Shown here: in pieces, positions 28,544 to 37,717 of the stretch
How positions within the stretch are numbered: position 1 is the first letter of the stretch
Layout: each line of letters opens with the position of its first letter
DNA from: Patescibacteria group bacterium
Lineage (GTDB): Bacteria; Patescibacteriota; Minisyncoccia; Phycocordibacterales; Phycocordibacteraceae
Length of the DNA stretch: 64,000 bases
NCBI GenBank assembly: GCA_019744845.1
Contig: JAIETW010000001.1
Coordinates: 354,859 to 418,858, forward strand
Direction: 5' to 3'
The notes under the pieces: generated by a model
What the model saw: only the letters and a program-made list of their open reading frames with translations
What the model was told of the DNA's origin: nothing
The model's database searches: none
Program-made: the position numbers and the translations under genes

Positions 28544-29282
28544 AACCCGCATATTCAAAGAGCGCGAGAATCTCGTTGACTTTATCGTCGCGCATATTCC
28601 GCGTGTGAAAGAAGGCACCATTATTGTGGTGACCTCTAAGATCGTGGCCCTTGCAGAAGGTCGCACGCTAGAGATTGAAGACGAGACCACTCGTGAGAAG
28701 GCCATCAAACAGGAATCAGACTTCGCGATCCGTACCATGTACACCTGGCTGACTCTGAAGGACGGTCTCCTTATGTCGAGCGCTGGAATTGATGAATCAA
28801 ATGCAGACGGGAAACTCATCCTTCTTCCGAAAGATAGCTTCAAGACCGCGTCAGTCCTTCTTCGCGAACTTAAGAAGCGATACAAGCTAAAGAAGCTCGG
28901 GATCCTTATCACTGATAGTCGCGTACTTGCACTCCGTGCCGGCGCCGTCGGCGTGTCTATGGGCTATGCAGGCTTCCGCGGGATCAAAGACTATCGTGGC
29001 ACTCCTGACATGTTCGGGCGCACCATGAAGATCTCTCGGAGTAACATCCCGGACGCCCTCTCCTCTGCGGCAGTGCTCGTCATGGGTGAAGGCGATGAGC
29101 GTCAGCCCCTTGCAGTCGTGACCGGGCTCCCCGTGGAGTTCGTGGAGCGCACGCAGCGTAAGGAGCTCGTGATCCCCCCAGAGCACGATATGTATCGTCC
29201 CTTCTTTGAGGAGGTCAAAAAGAAGAACCGCGGGAAGACGATTGAGCCCTACAAACGCCCTGCTCCTCGCCGAAAGAGGTAG
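28524..29282 (+). CDS. CofE-like (F420-0:gamma-glutamyl ligase family) protein
   Basis: VVTSKIVA..EG, AGIDESN, ITDS, D.FGR, MGEGDERQP. Confidence 0.85.
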   Translation: MEVRPIKTRIFKERENLVDFIVAHIPRVKEGTIIVVTSKIVALAEGRTLEIEDETTREKAIKQESDFAIRTMYTWLTLKDGLLMSSAGIDESNADGKLILLPKDSFKTASVLLRELKKRYKLKKLGILITDSRVLALRAGAVGVSMGYAGFRGIKDYRGTPDMFGRTMKISRSNIPDALSSAAVLVMGEGDERQPLAVVTGLPVEFVERTQRKELVIPPEHDMYRPFFEEVKKKNRGKTIEPYKRPAPRRKR

Positions 29283-29318
29283 CCGTAAGGCCATATTCGT
29301 GTTACAGTCCAGAAACAC

Positions 29319-29891
29319 GTGGCCGCTCTAAACGACAAGACTCGCATTAACCGGGAGATCACCGCGCGTGAACTTCGCGTGGTAGGAGCCCAAGGGGAAA
29401 ACCTTGGGGTCCTTTCCCTATCAGATGCTCTCAAAGCGGCTGCCGAAGCCAACCTAGACCTTATTGAGATCTCTCCGAATGCCGTCCCTCCCGTTGCGAA
29501 AGTGGCTGATTATGGTAAATTCCTTTACGAGCTGAAGAAGAAGGAAGGTGCGGCCCGGGCTAAAGCCAAGGTCTCTGAGACCAAGGAAGTCCAGATCAAG
29601 GTGGGTACCGGTGAGAACGACATGCGGTTGAAGGCTAAGAAAGCCGCCGAATGGCTCGCCGAAGGCCACCGAGTCCGTGCTGAACTCTTCCTCAAGGGCC
29701 GGTACAAGGGAATGGATGAAGCCTTCCTCAAGACCCGGCTCGAGAAGTTCCTTCTCCTCATCCCCTACGCATACCGAGTCGCAGAACCAATCACCAAGTC
29801 ACCAAAAGGCTTCGCAGGAATCATTGAACGAGATCCGAAGGCCGCAAAACCAGCCGCAGCACCAAAACAAGAAACTCATGAAAACAAATAA
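29319..29891 (+). CDS. infC: Translation initiation factor IF-3
   Basis: RINREI, LDLIEISP...PPVAK..DYGKF. Confidence 0.95.
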   Translation: MAALNDKTRINREITARELRVVGAQGENLGVLSLSDALKAAAEANLDLIEISPNAVPPVAKVADYGKFLYELKKKEGAARAKAKVSETKEVQIKVGTGENDMRLKAKKAAEWLAEGHRVRAELFLKGRYKGMDEAFLKTRLEKFLLLIPYAYRVAEPITKSPKGFAGIIERDPKAAKPAAAPKQETHENK

Positions 29892-30063
29892 GTCATTCTC
29901 AAAGCGCATCCGAGTTACCCGCAAGGGGAAGCTTGTCGTGCGCAAGGCCGGACAGGACCACTTCAATGCCAAGGAGCGTAGCCGCACCAAGGGCCCAAAG
30001 AAGCGTGCCCAGTCCCTTAAGCTCGGCACCCGCCTTCGCCGCCGTTTCCTTCCAGGAACCTAA
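29878..30063 (+). CDS. rpmI: 50S ribosomal protein L35
   Basis: MKTNKSFSKRIRVT...HFNAK; between infC and rplT. Confidence 0.92.
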   Translation: MKTNKSFSKRIRVTRKGKLVVRKAGQDHFNAKERSRTKGPKKRAQSLKLGTRLRRRFLPGT

Positions 30064-30081
30064 TCATTTAAGTACTAATTT

Positions 30082-30429
30082 ATGCCACGAGTAAAAGGAG
30101 GAGTCATAAGTCTTAAGCGCCGCCGCAATGTGCTTAAGCGCGCCAAGGGCTTCCGTCATGGTCGCTCTAAGAAGGAGCGTGCCGCTAAGGAGTCTCTTGT
30201 ACACGCAGGAAAGCAGGCATTTGCGAACCGCCGCGACAAGAAGAATGAGTTCCGTCAGCTTTGGATTGTGCGTTTGAACGCCGCAGTACGCGATAACGGT
30301 CACAAGTCCTACAGCACCTTCATCGCAAAGCTTAAGAAGCAGGGTGTGATGCTAGACCGAAAGGTTCTCGCCACTCTCGCGGAGAAGAATCCTGAAGTGT
30401 TCACCCGAATTTCTAAGAAGGTCTCCTAA
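30082..30429 (+). CDS. rplT: 50S ribosomal protein L20
   Basis: MPRVKGG, FRQLWIVRLNAA, LDRKVLA. Confidence 0.97.
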   Translation: MPRVKGGVISLKRRRNVLKRAKGFRHGRSKKERAAKESLVHAGKQAFANRRDKKNEFRQLWIVRLNAAVRDNGHKSYSTFIAKLKKQGVMLDRKVLATLAEKNPEVFTRISKKVS

Positions 30430-30431
30430 GC

Positions 30432-30457
30432 AAAAGCCCCCAATTGGGGGCTTTTTT
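30432..30457. terminator. Bidirectional intrinsic terminator
   Basis: AAAAGCCCCC-AATT-GGGGGCTTTTTT. Confidence 0.9.
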
Positions 30458-30458
30458 G

Positions 30459-31142
30459 TTACTCCGCCAAAAGTCGTGCGCTTCCTGAGACTACCCGTGG
30501 CACACTTGGATCAGTAGGAATCGTTGGGTACCCCACAAAGATACTGCCAAGAAGCACGTACTTCATGTCTCCACAGAAGTTACCAATATATTGAAGTCCC
30601 CTGCTTGTAGCGTATTTCTCGGTGAGAAATGCACGCCACACTGTTTCATCAAATCCAAGCTGATAGTATGTCACCCCGTCGGCTTCCCAGCTATTGAGCG
30701 TACAGATGTTACGAATCTGAGTGCGCTCTTCCTCATCCCATCCTCCCCGAAATGCTTCTAGATTCTGTTCAATAGAAAGACCAGGAGAATAGTATTTAAG
30801 ATCAAGGAAGTGATGGAGGTCATCCCCTGCATCCCAATAGTAGATACTATCTCCTACATAATCTATTTTTACCGACTCAGATAGGAGTGTCTTGATGTCA
30901 CTGTACCGCTCAAGACGAAACGCAAGCTTGTAGTTTGAGTACGGATATATATTGAGCACTACATCAAGTACAGTGTGGTGTGGAATATAGGGTTCCGTCA
31001 CCTCTGAACGAGTCTCTACTTCTACCTCCTCTATCGTTGCGATGCTGTTCTTCTCAAGGTAGGTTTTAACGTACGGATACGACTGATACCCTGCCCCACC
31101 AATCAATACGAGAGCAACTATGAGTATGAGGATGTTCTTCAT
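30459..31142 (-). CDS. Membrane-anchored hypothetical protein
   Basis: TATACT-6nt-ATG, N-terminal TM. Confidence 0.65.
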   Translation of the reverse strand: MKNILILIVALVLIGGAGYQSYPYVKTYLEKNSIATIEEVEVETRSEVTEPYIPHHTVLDVVLNIYPYSNYKLAFRLERYSDIKTLLSESVKIDYVGDSIYYWDAGDDLHHFLDLKYYSPGLSIEQNLEAFRGGWDEEERTQIRNICTLNSWEADGVTYYQLGFDETVWRAFLTEKYATSRGLQYIGNFCGDMKYVLLGSIFVGYPTIPTDPSVPRVVSGSARLLAE

Positions 31143-31160
31143 ACCGCAAGTATACACCTG

Positions 31161-31790
31161 CTAAGATGCAGCTTTCTCTACGCGCCACACTCGCCCAAAC
31201 TCACACCAGTTCTTCTTCACCAGTGCCCGAAGAAGGCGGAAGTAGTGCACGTCATCGCGTACCCGCTCATACGCAAGTCCTGGGACGGTAAGCGTATCAA
31301 GTACGTAGAGATATTCTTCGTCGTATCCGTATACAAACATCACATGATCAAAGAGCACAAACTGCGTTTTGGAAATCGGGATATCAATCGCTGTTGCGAC
31401 GTTGTTTTGAATCTGCATCTCAAGCATCCCCATCGCCTTCTCATAGGAGAGACGAGAGAAAAGAAGCTGATACATGAGATCAAAGTACGATGATACTTTC
31501 TTGTCATTGATATACAGCGCAAGTCCATGCTTCTTCAGGAATGCGGGTGCATGAAAGAACTGAGTCTGCGTCCAGGCAAGATATTTCGGCACAGGAGTTC
31601 CGAAGAGTTTTTGACAATCAATCTCTTGTGGATTTATTGCACTCGGGTTGAACGTCTCAGGATAATAGAAGTTCAAACAGTAGTAGAGGAAATCACGCTG
31701 ACACTTGAAGTGAAGTTGCTTTCCGTTACGGGATTCTCGCTCTACAAATCCCATTGAATCTAGAGGACGCTTGAGGGTGACCGTACTCAT
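31161..31790 (-). CDS. Papain-like/C39-like cysteine protease-fold protein
   Basis: Candidate Cys in FKCQRD; HVMFVYGYD..YLYVLD resembles the His/Asp segment of C39-like peptidases. Confidence 0.5.
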   Translation of the reverse strand: MSTVTLKRPLDSMGFVERESRNGKQLHFKCQRDFLYYCLNFYYPETFNPSAINPQEIDCQKLFGTPVPKYLAWTQTQFFHAPAFLKKHGLALYINDKKVSSYFDLMYQLLFSRLSYEKAMGMLEMQIQNNVATAIDIPISKTQFVLFDHVMFVYGYDEEYLYVLDTLTVPGLAYERVRDDVHYFRLLRALVKKNWCEFGRVWRVEKAAS

Positions 31791-31807
31791 AATTACTGTA
31801 GTGAATC

Positions 31808-32302
31808 TTAGGCGTGTGTGCGGATATACTGCTCTACCGCAGCAATATCTACAAGCTGATGGTCCCCATCAAGCTCCCTCTTGTAAGCAACAAGGTCTCG
31901 CGGGTCTATGAGTGAGACGCTCACTCCTTCTATCTCCACAATTTGGTTTGGGTACTTACGGTATCTGTCTTTTGTCTGAAACCATTCGGACTTCTCTTTG
32001 TTTGACATACGAAGAGTGTCTATATCGGTCATGTCTATCTCTTGACCGTGGTAGTTGAGGGAAAGTGTATCGCAATCCCACTTCTCGTTTTTGTAGTGTT
32101 TAGGACCAGCTGTGATGTATTCCTGTACGTCGGGAAGAATGGCGTCAAAGTACTTGCCCGGCAGCGAGATGTCTATGTCATTGATAGCGCGATTTGATCC
32201 GTATATGCGTGCGGCAAAACCTCCACCTATGCGATACGGTACCTGGTGCTTATTGAGGATGCCAACAATCCAGTACACAGCCTCAACCGTCTTTGCTTCC
32301 AT
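31808..32302 (-). CDS. Nucleotidyltransferase-fold protein
   Basis: IGGGFAARIYG..R..NDIDI; start moved to ATG 32302 (TATACT-6nt-ATG). Confidence 0.75.
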   Translation of the reverse strand: MEAKTVEAVYWIVGILNKHQVPYRIGGGFAARIYGSNRAINDIDISLPGKYFDAILPDVQEYITAGPKHYKNEKWDCDTLSLNYHGQEIDMTDIDTLRMSNKEKSEWFQTKDRYRKYPNQIVEIEGVSVSLIDPRDLVAYKRELDGDHQLVDIAAVEQYIRTHA

Positions 32303-32318
32303 ACGAGCAGTATAAGTC

Positions 32319-33149
32319 CTAAAAGTAATACTCCTGGTACGGAGGCAATAGCCCTGCCTCAAAGTCATCGGCAAGCTTGTTCCACTTTTCAACCCTGCCT
32401 GGGTACCACGTTTGCCCCTGCATGAGTGGAGCATCTTTGTGTTTTTGATAGATTCTTTCAAACAGATCAGCCCAATCTCTATAGGTAGAGTTTGAAACAA
32501 GGCCATCTCCTCCAAATCGTTGGGTGTATGTATACAACTTTTCTGGCACATATTTGAATCCATCGGGATATCTCTCCGCAAGACTGAGAAAGAAATCCCA
32601 ATCCTCCATCTTTTTGATTGCAGGATCCCATCGCACGCCATCTTCTATGATTTTCCTCGTATGCATAGCTCCGGTGGTATCCGTATGTAGTTTTCTATGA
32701 AAAATATCTTGAGCAGATACCTGCTCCGGAAAGTCGTCAGAGTCATCTATGCGCGTTACAAGCACTCCATCTCTATACAACTCCTTAATCCTGTCGCCCA
32801 TAGGGAAACCCCACACCGCATCCTGATTGAGTTCAAACTCCCGCACCATTCGTTCCATGTAATTTGGATACAACGTATTGTCGCTATCAAGGTAGGCAAT
32901 GAGATTCCCTATTGATAACTCCATGCCACGATTCCGTGCTACATGTGGACCCTGGTTCTCTTGAGAGAAGTATTTAATTCTCTCGTCGTTATACTCTCTT
33001 ACCGCTCCTTCCGTATCATCGGTAGACCCGTCGTCAATCACCAAGACCTCCCAATTTGTATGCCTCTGTTTCAAGACACTATCAATGGTGTCTTTCAACA
33101 TTCGCGCCCTGTTATACGTTGGGATAATTACTGAAACTAAGTTATGCAT
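32319..33149 (-). CDS. Glycosyltransferase family 2
   Basis: VSVIIPTYNR, DDGSTD, ARNRG, LDSD, EDWDF. Confidence 0.92.
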   Translation of the reverse strand: MHNLVSVIIPTYNRARMLKDTIDSVLKQRHTNWEVLVIDDGSTDDTEGAVREYNDERIKYFSQENQGPHVARNRGMELSIGNLIAYLDSDNTLYPNYMERMVREFELNQDAVWGFPMGDRIKELYRDGVLVTRIDDSDDFPEQVSAQDIFHRKLHTDTTGAMHTRKIIEDGVRWDPAIKKMEDWDFFLSLAERYPDGFKYVPEKLYTYTQRFGGDGLVSNSTYRDWADLFERIYQKHKDAPLMQGQTWYPGRVEKWNKLADDFEAGLLPPYQEYYF

Positions 33150-33183
33150 TGTGGAAATGATAGCAAGATTTAGAGAGTAGACT

Positions 33184-34416
33184 CTACACTGAATTCCCGG
33201 CCACATACCCCGTGGTCCAACAAAGCTGAAGAGAATATCCTCCAGAAGGACGTGTGATATGAAGCAGATCCCCTGTTACATACAGATTCTCAAACTTCTT
33301 AGAACGCATAGTGCGCATATCTACCTCTCTAAGGATAAGTCCTCCATCGGCGACCACTGCTCGCTCAAAACCCATAAGACCTGTCACCGTAAAGGTAAGG
33401 CCCTTGAGGAGCTCGGCGATTACTCTCCGGTCCTCTTTCCGTACACTGTGCACCTTCGTCTCCTTATCTACGGTTGGAAGCTGCTCAAGCAGAATCTCCG
33501 ACGTACCTGGCGGCACAAGCTCACGAAACACATTCTTCAGGTTCTTGTTCTTATGCGCGTCAAACACCTTCGCAATATGTTTATCCAAAATCCCAAGATC
33601 CATAGACGGATATAGATCTATGCGCGCGGTGACCACGCTTTCTTGAAGCATATCTGCCACCTGCCCTGCGGCGTTCAACACGGTAGGACCTGAGATACCA
33701 AAGTGCGTAAACAAAATGGAGCCTGTACGTGAAAGTTTCTTCCCGCTTGGAAGTGAGAAGGTGATCTTTGCACCTTCTGCTTTTGCACCAGAGAGTTGCT
33801 TTACCCACCCTTCGCGTACCTTAAGCGGAACGATAGTAGGTGTCGGCGCTTCAACTGAATGTCCAAATCCCTGAAGCCACGTAAACCCATCCCCGGTAGA
33901 ACCAGTCTCTGGATGCGACATACCGCCAGTCGCAAGAATGTAGCTACGTGCGGTATACACCTTGTCCTTCACCGCTACACCTGTAATGCGTCCGCTACTT
34001 GAATCTATGCGCGTCACTCCTGCCCCAAGAAGCACACGGACTCCTGCCTTCTTCATATCATCCTCTAGCACCTTCACCACATCCAGTGCTTTCTCAGTCT
34101 TTGGGAACGCACGATTGTGTGCTTCCACCTTCAAAGGAAGCCCCCGAGACTCAAAGAACTCAAAGGTCTCTTTCACTCCAAACTCGGAGAAGGAAGAATA
34201 GAGCGCTTGCTCTGCCTCTCCGTACTTGGAAAGCAACACTCGGACATCCTTCTCTGCATTTGTGATATTGCAGCGGGTACCGCCCGTAATACGAAGCTTC
34301 TCACCGAGGCGACGATTGCGCTCCAAGAGGAGTACCTTCTTGCCACGGCGTGCAGCCTGCCCTGCCGCCATCATGCCGGCGGCTCCACCTCCGATGACGA
34401 TAACGTCGTATTCCAT
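33184..34416 (-). CDS. HI0933/BaiN family flavoprotein
   Basis: IGGGAAGM, GGTRCNITN, ATGG.S.P.TGSTGDG, FTHFGISGP, GGYSLQ. Confidence 0.92.
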   Translation of the reverse strand: MEYDVIVIGGGAAGMMAAGQAARRGKKVLLLERNRRLGEKLRITGGTRCNITNAEKDVRVLLSKYGEAEQALYSSFSEFGVKETFEFFESRGLPLKVEAHNRAFPKTEKALDVVKVLEDDMKKAGVRVLLGAGVTRIDSSSGRITGVAVKDKVYTARSYILATGGMSHPETGSTGDGFTWLQGFGHSVEAPTPTIVPLKVREGWVKQLSGAKAEGAKITFSLPSGKKLSRTGSILFTHFGISGPTVLNAAGQVADMLQESVVTARIDLYPSMDLGILDKHIAKVFDAHKNKNLKNVFRELVPPGTSEILLEQLPTVDKETKVHSVRKEDRRVIAELLKGLTFTVTGLMGFERAVVADGGLILREVDMRTMRSKKFENLYVTGDLLHITRPSGGYSLQLCWTTGYVAGNSV

Positions 34417-34420
34417 CTGG

Positions 34421-35824
34421 CTATCGTATATCGCCACGCACTTCCTGTCGCGTCACCCCTTTCTTGGACACCTCCCACACCTCATTCTTCCCTGCGACAA
34501 TTGCGCGTACCCCAAGGAAGTCATGAATACGTTGCGCAAGGAATCGTGCGGAAGAAGGCTCCCCCATCGCAACAAAGAAGGTCTTCGCAGACGGTACGCA
34601 GCTGTCAGCAAAGCGAAGAAGTCCATCCCGATCTGCATGTCCTGACCACCCATGAAGTGTCTCCACCTTCGCACGCACCTCTACCATCTGTCCGGCAATC
34701 TTTACCTTCTTAGACCCGTCCTGAAGAAGTCTTCCTGGGCTCCCTGGTGCCTGATACCCGACCATAATAAGGGTGGTCTGTGGCTTCGGAAGGAACATCT
34801 TCTCCCACTTCCCTATACGCCCCCCATGACTCATACCAGCCCCTGCAATAATGATCTTTGGATCCTTAGTATCTACAATCTGCTGCGACTCTTCCCGAGA
34901 AGGAGTCATTTTAAGGAATGGAAATGCGAATAGATCATGCTCACGCTTCAGCTCATCCTGTGCAGCGTCCTTAAAGTACTTTGCCGCATGCTTCTTATAA
35001 ATATCAGTAACGGCAATCGCAAGCGGAGAATCTAGAAAGACAGGGATCCGAGGGAGCGCACCTGCCTCCATAAGATTAGAGAGCTCATAGAGCATGAGCT
35101 GGGTACGCTCTACGGAGAAGGCAGGGATGAGAATAGGGCCCTTACGCGCAATAGCGGCCTTTACCGTATCCCTGAACTTCTCTACCCGATGCTCCTTCTC
35201 TGGATTCGCTCGGTCTCCGTACACGCTCTCAATCACGACCGCGTCCGCATCAGTAATCGCCTCTGCGTCCGGGAGAAGTGGAGTTGGCGAATTCCCAATA
35301 TCACTCGTAAAGGCAATCGTATCTCCGTCTCCATCCTTAAGGCGTATGCTGGCACCACCGAGAATATGCCCAGTATCACGAAGCATCATAGACATGCCCC
35401 CTACTTTCATTTCCTTCCGGTACTCCACCACCTCTATCTGCGAAAGCATCTTGTTTACATGCTCTTCTAAATACAGCGGCGGAAGCTGCTTTGCCTTCGC
35501 ATTCTCCGACATGATGTGTGCACTGTCGCGGAGCATCACGTCCGCAATGTCTCTCGTTGGTTCCGTCATATAGATCGGACCGGCGTATCCATCTTTTACG
35601 AGCTTAGGCACCCGCCCGATGTGATCAAGGTGCGCGTGTGTGACGACAACCGCAGTAATACGCTCAAGATCATACGGAAATTCGTCATACATACAGGACT
35701 CACAAAAATCTTTCCCTTGCTCAATACCACAATCAATCAAAATACGAGTGTCACCACTCTCAACCAAAAACTCAGAGCCCGTCACCGCATCCGCCCCTCC
35801 AAAGAAACTTACACGGAACGCCAT
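34421..35824 (-). CDS. MBL-fold beta-CASP ribonuclease
   Basis: THAHLDHIG, GHILG, ESVYG, GAGMSHGGR, SGHAD. Confidence 0.92.
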   Translation of the reverse strand: MAFRVSFFGGADAVTGSEFLVESGDTRILIDCGIEQGKDFCESCMYDEFPYDLERITAVVVTHAHLDHIGRVPKLVKDGYAGPIYMTEPTRDIADVMLRDSAHIMSENAKAKQLPPLYLEEHVNKMLSQIEVVEYRKEMKVGGMSMMLRDTGHILGGASIRLKDGDGDTIAFTSDIGNSPTPLLPDAEAITDADAVVIESVYGDRANPEKEHRVEKFRDTVKAAIARKGPILIPAFSVERTQLMLYELSNLMEAGALPRIPVFLDSPLAIAVTDIYKKHAAKYFKDAAQDELKREHDLFAFPFLKMTPSREESQQIVDTKDPKIIIAGAGMSHGGRIGKWEKMFLPKPQTTLIMVGYQAPGSPGRLLQDGSKKVKIAGQMVEVRAKVETLHGWSGHADRDGLLRFADSCVPSAKTFFVAMGEPSSARFLAQRIHDFLGVRAIVAGKNEVWEVSKKGVTRQEVRGDIR

Positions 35825-36168
35825 AGAGAGATACGTGCCACCATATAGACAATCACTGCACCAAGCGTACCCATGAGAAGATCTAGTGCGGTATCAAATA
35901 CGTAATTTGCTTCCCGTGGAATACCAAAGAAGTATTCAAACAACTCCCATCCGATAATCGCCGCAGCGATAAGAAGTGCGAAAAGAAGTGGGCGCCATGC
36001 ATTTAGGAACGCGGCCACAAACACACCGATCGTAATCCCACCAAAAAAGTGTATCGGCACATCAATCCATACAAAGCGCCAATACAAATAATCCACCATC
36101 GCAATATAGTTCGCGGTGAACAAAAGTATGGAAAGAACGAGTGCGGCTACTAACCACCATATACGCAT
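35809..36168 (-). CDS. Small integral membrane protein
   Basis: DVPIHFFGG, WELFE, DTALDL. Confidence 0.7.
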   Translation of the reverse strand: MRIWWLVAALVLSILLFTANYIAMVDYLYWRFVWIDVPIHFFGGITIGVFVAAFLNAWRPLLFALLIAAAIIGWELFEYFFGIPREANYVFDTALDLLMGTLGAVIVYMVARISLWRSV

Positions 36169-36186
36169 ACCGGAACACTTTAGCAT

Positions 36187-36355
36187 GAGAAAACCCCGCA
36201 TGACGCGAGGTTCTCTGTAAGAGCCACCCTCGTGTGGCAACTCTTGTATGCCACGTGGGTGTCCGCACCTGTGGAATCGGAACCGGAGTTCACCATCCGA
36301 CAGAGATATGAGACTCCCTGAAGGTAAGCAAGTTGCGTTTTAAGGAATGGCTCCA
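36187..36355 (-). ncRNA. Rod-shaped ncRNA, candidate 6S RNA, with its own terminator
   Basis: TATACT at 36367-36362; GAGCCATTC pairs with GGGTGGCTC, GCAACTT with GAGTTGC, further inner stems; terminator at 36187-36216. Confidence 0.55.
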
Positions 36356-36418
36356 CCTATAAGTATACATACGCAAAATGAAGCACCTGTGGATATGCAA
36401 TAGCGCACAGTTGAGCCG

Positions 36419-37036
36419 CTATTGGCCTTTTGTATTGATCACCTCAGGCACGAACGCCTCTACCTCAAAAATATCGGTCTCTGCACTCATACCTTGATAC
36501 GTCACGCGCACCGCGCCAGGTGCTGCACCAAACTCTGCAAACTCAGAAGAAAGTTTTGCGGTAAACACGCCTTTTGAAATACTGCCGATCGGCCCCACCA
36601 CTTCCCATGCGGCTTTTTCTGTCACATCTTCAGTGCTTCCGTCACTCTTTTTGAATGTTGCCGTGAATGAAAGCTCGTCTTCCTCCGTGACACTTGAAAG
36701 CTTCGGAGAAGTAATAGAAAGAGACGTGGAAGAAGTAGAGGAAGAACCCAATGAAGTCTTCTGAACAGTCGTCGTCGCAGTAGTAGTTGCAACTACTGGA
36801 ACAGGAGTAACGACTGCAGGTACTACAGGAGCTACAGGCTTAGTACTGACAGTCGGGGTGACTGACTTAGGTGCAGGAGCAAAAGGAGCTTCCGGTGCGA
36901 CTTCTTCAGTCGTGGTCGCCACTATCACTTCTTCTACTACAGGAACTTCAACGACTGGATCAGGAACTTCTGTACCACCAAACAAACCTCCGAAGAAGCC
37001 TCCGACTGCTGCAATGATGCCAAAGAAAAACTCCAT
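36419..37036 (-). CDS. Membrane-anchored protein with Thr/Pro linker and Ig-like (Big_2-like) domain
   Basis: FTAT...DGS.EDVT..AAW. Confidence 0.65.
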   Translation of the reverse strand: MEFFFGIIAAVGGFFGGLFGGTEVPDPVVEVPVVEEVIVATTTEEVAPEAPFAPAPKSVTPTVSTKPVAPVVPAVVTPVPVVATTTATTTVQKTSLGSSSTSSTSLSITSPKLSSVTEEDELSFTATFKKSDGSTEDVTEKAAWEVVGPIGSISKGVFTAKLSSEFAEFGAAPGAVRVTYQGMSAETDIFEVEAFVPEVINTKGQ

Positions 37037-37054
37037 GGCGTTTACCTAACCCAA

Positions 37055-37660
37055 TTACTCCAAGATCCCGTCTAGGTTCACGTCGTAGAGAATCTGTTCG
37101 CCGACAAGACGGTAGTTGATGAGATCTTCCTTGGAAATCCAAAGTGCAATCTCGCGCTCCCCTTCCTCAGGTGCATCAGAGCAGTGAATGAGGTTACGAA
37201 CGGCGCGATCATCAACCGCCGCAATTGCGTAGGAATCAAGTGTGAGGTCTCCACGAATCGTACCCACATCAGAGGTTGCAGGCTCCGTACCACCGACAAG
37301 CTTCTTTACGACAGCGACTGCCTGGTTTCCTTCAAGCACCATAACCACCACAGGACCTGAGGTCATGAACTTCACGAGTGCACGAATAATGTCCTTACCG
37401 TATTCAATCGGCTCCTTATCAACGGACATACCCGCCGCCGCACGATCGTTGGCAATGCCCTGTCCCTTCTTCTCAAACCACGCATCATCCTTTCCGTAGT
37501 GCGTCCAAAGCTTGGTCTCATCAAGCATGGCAAGGCGCATGTAGACGAGCTTAAGGCCCGTGCGCTCAAAGCGCTTCACAATGTCGCCCACAAGACCACG
37601 CTGTACGCCGTCTGGCTTGATGATGACGAAGGAACGCTCGTTCTTAGGATGAGTTGCCAT
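37055..37660 (-). CDS. ndk: Nucleoside diphosphate kinase
   Basis: IIKPDGVQRGL, GTIRGD, NLIHCSD. Confidence 0.95.
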   Translation of the reverse strand: MATHPKNERSFVIIKPDGVQRGLVGDIVKRFERTGLKLVYMRLAMLDETKLWTHYGKDDAWFEKKGQGIANDRAAAGMSVDKEPIEYGKDIIRALVKFMTSGPVVVMVLEGNQAVAVVKKLVGGTEPATSDVGTIRGDLTLDSYAIAAVDDRAVRNLIHCSDAPEEGEREIALWISKEDLINYRLVGEQILYDVNLDGILE

Positions 37661-37717
37661 GATTTGTATAGTAAAAAATCGCTTTCGCGCTTATATAAAT
37701 GGAGTATACCCTACATC

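Noticed and set aside
32303-32641. Extension of the nucleotidyltransferase ORF to 277 aa
   Set aside because: It overlaps the GT2 gene in another frame; TATACT-6nt-ATG supports a start at 32302
36187-36355. SRP RNA or tRNA identity for the rod-shaped RNA
   Set aside because: No SRP helix-8 motif with GNRA loop, and no cloverleaf or T-loop
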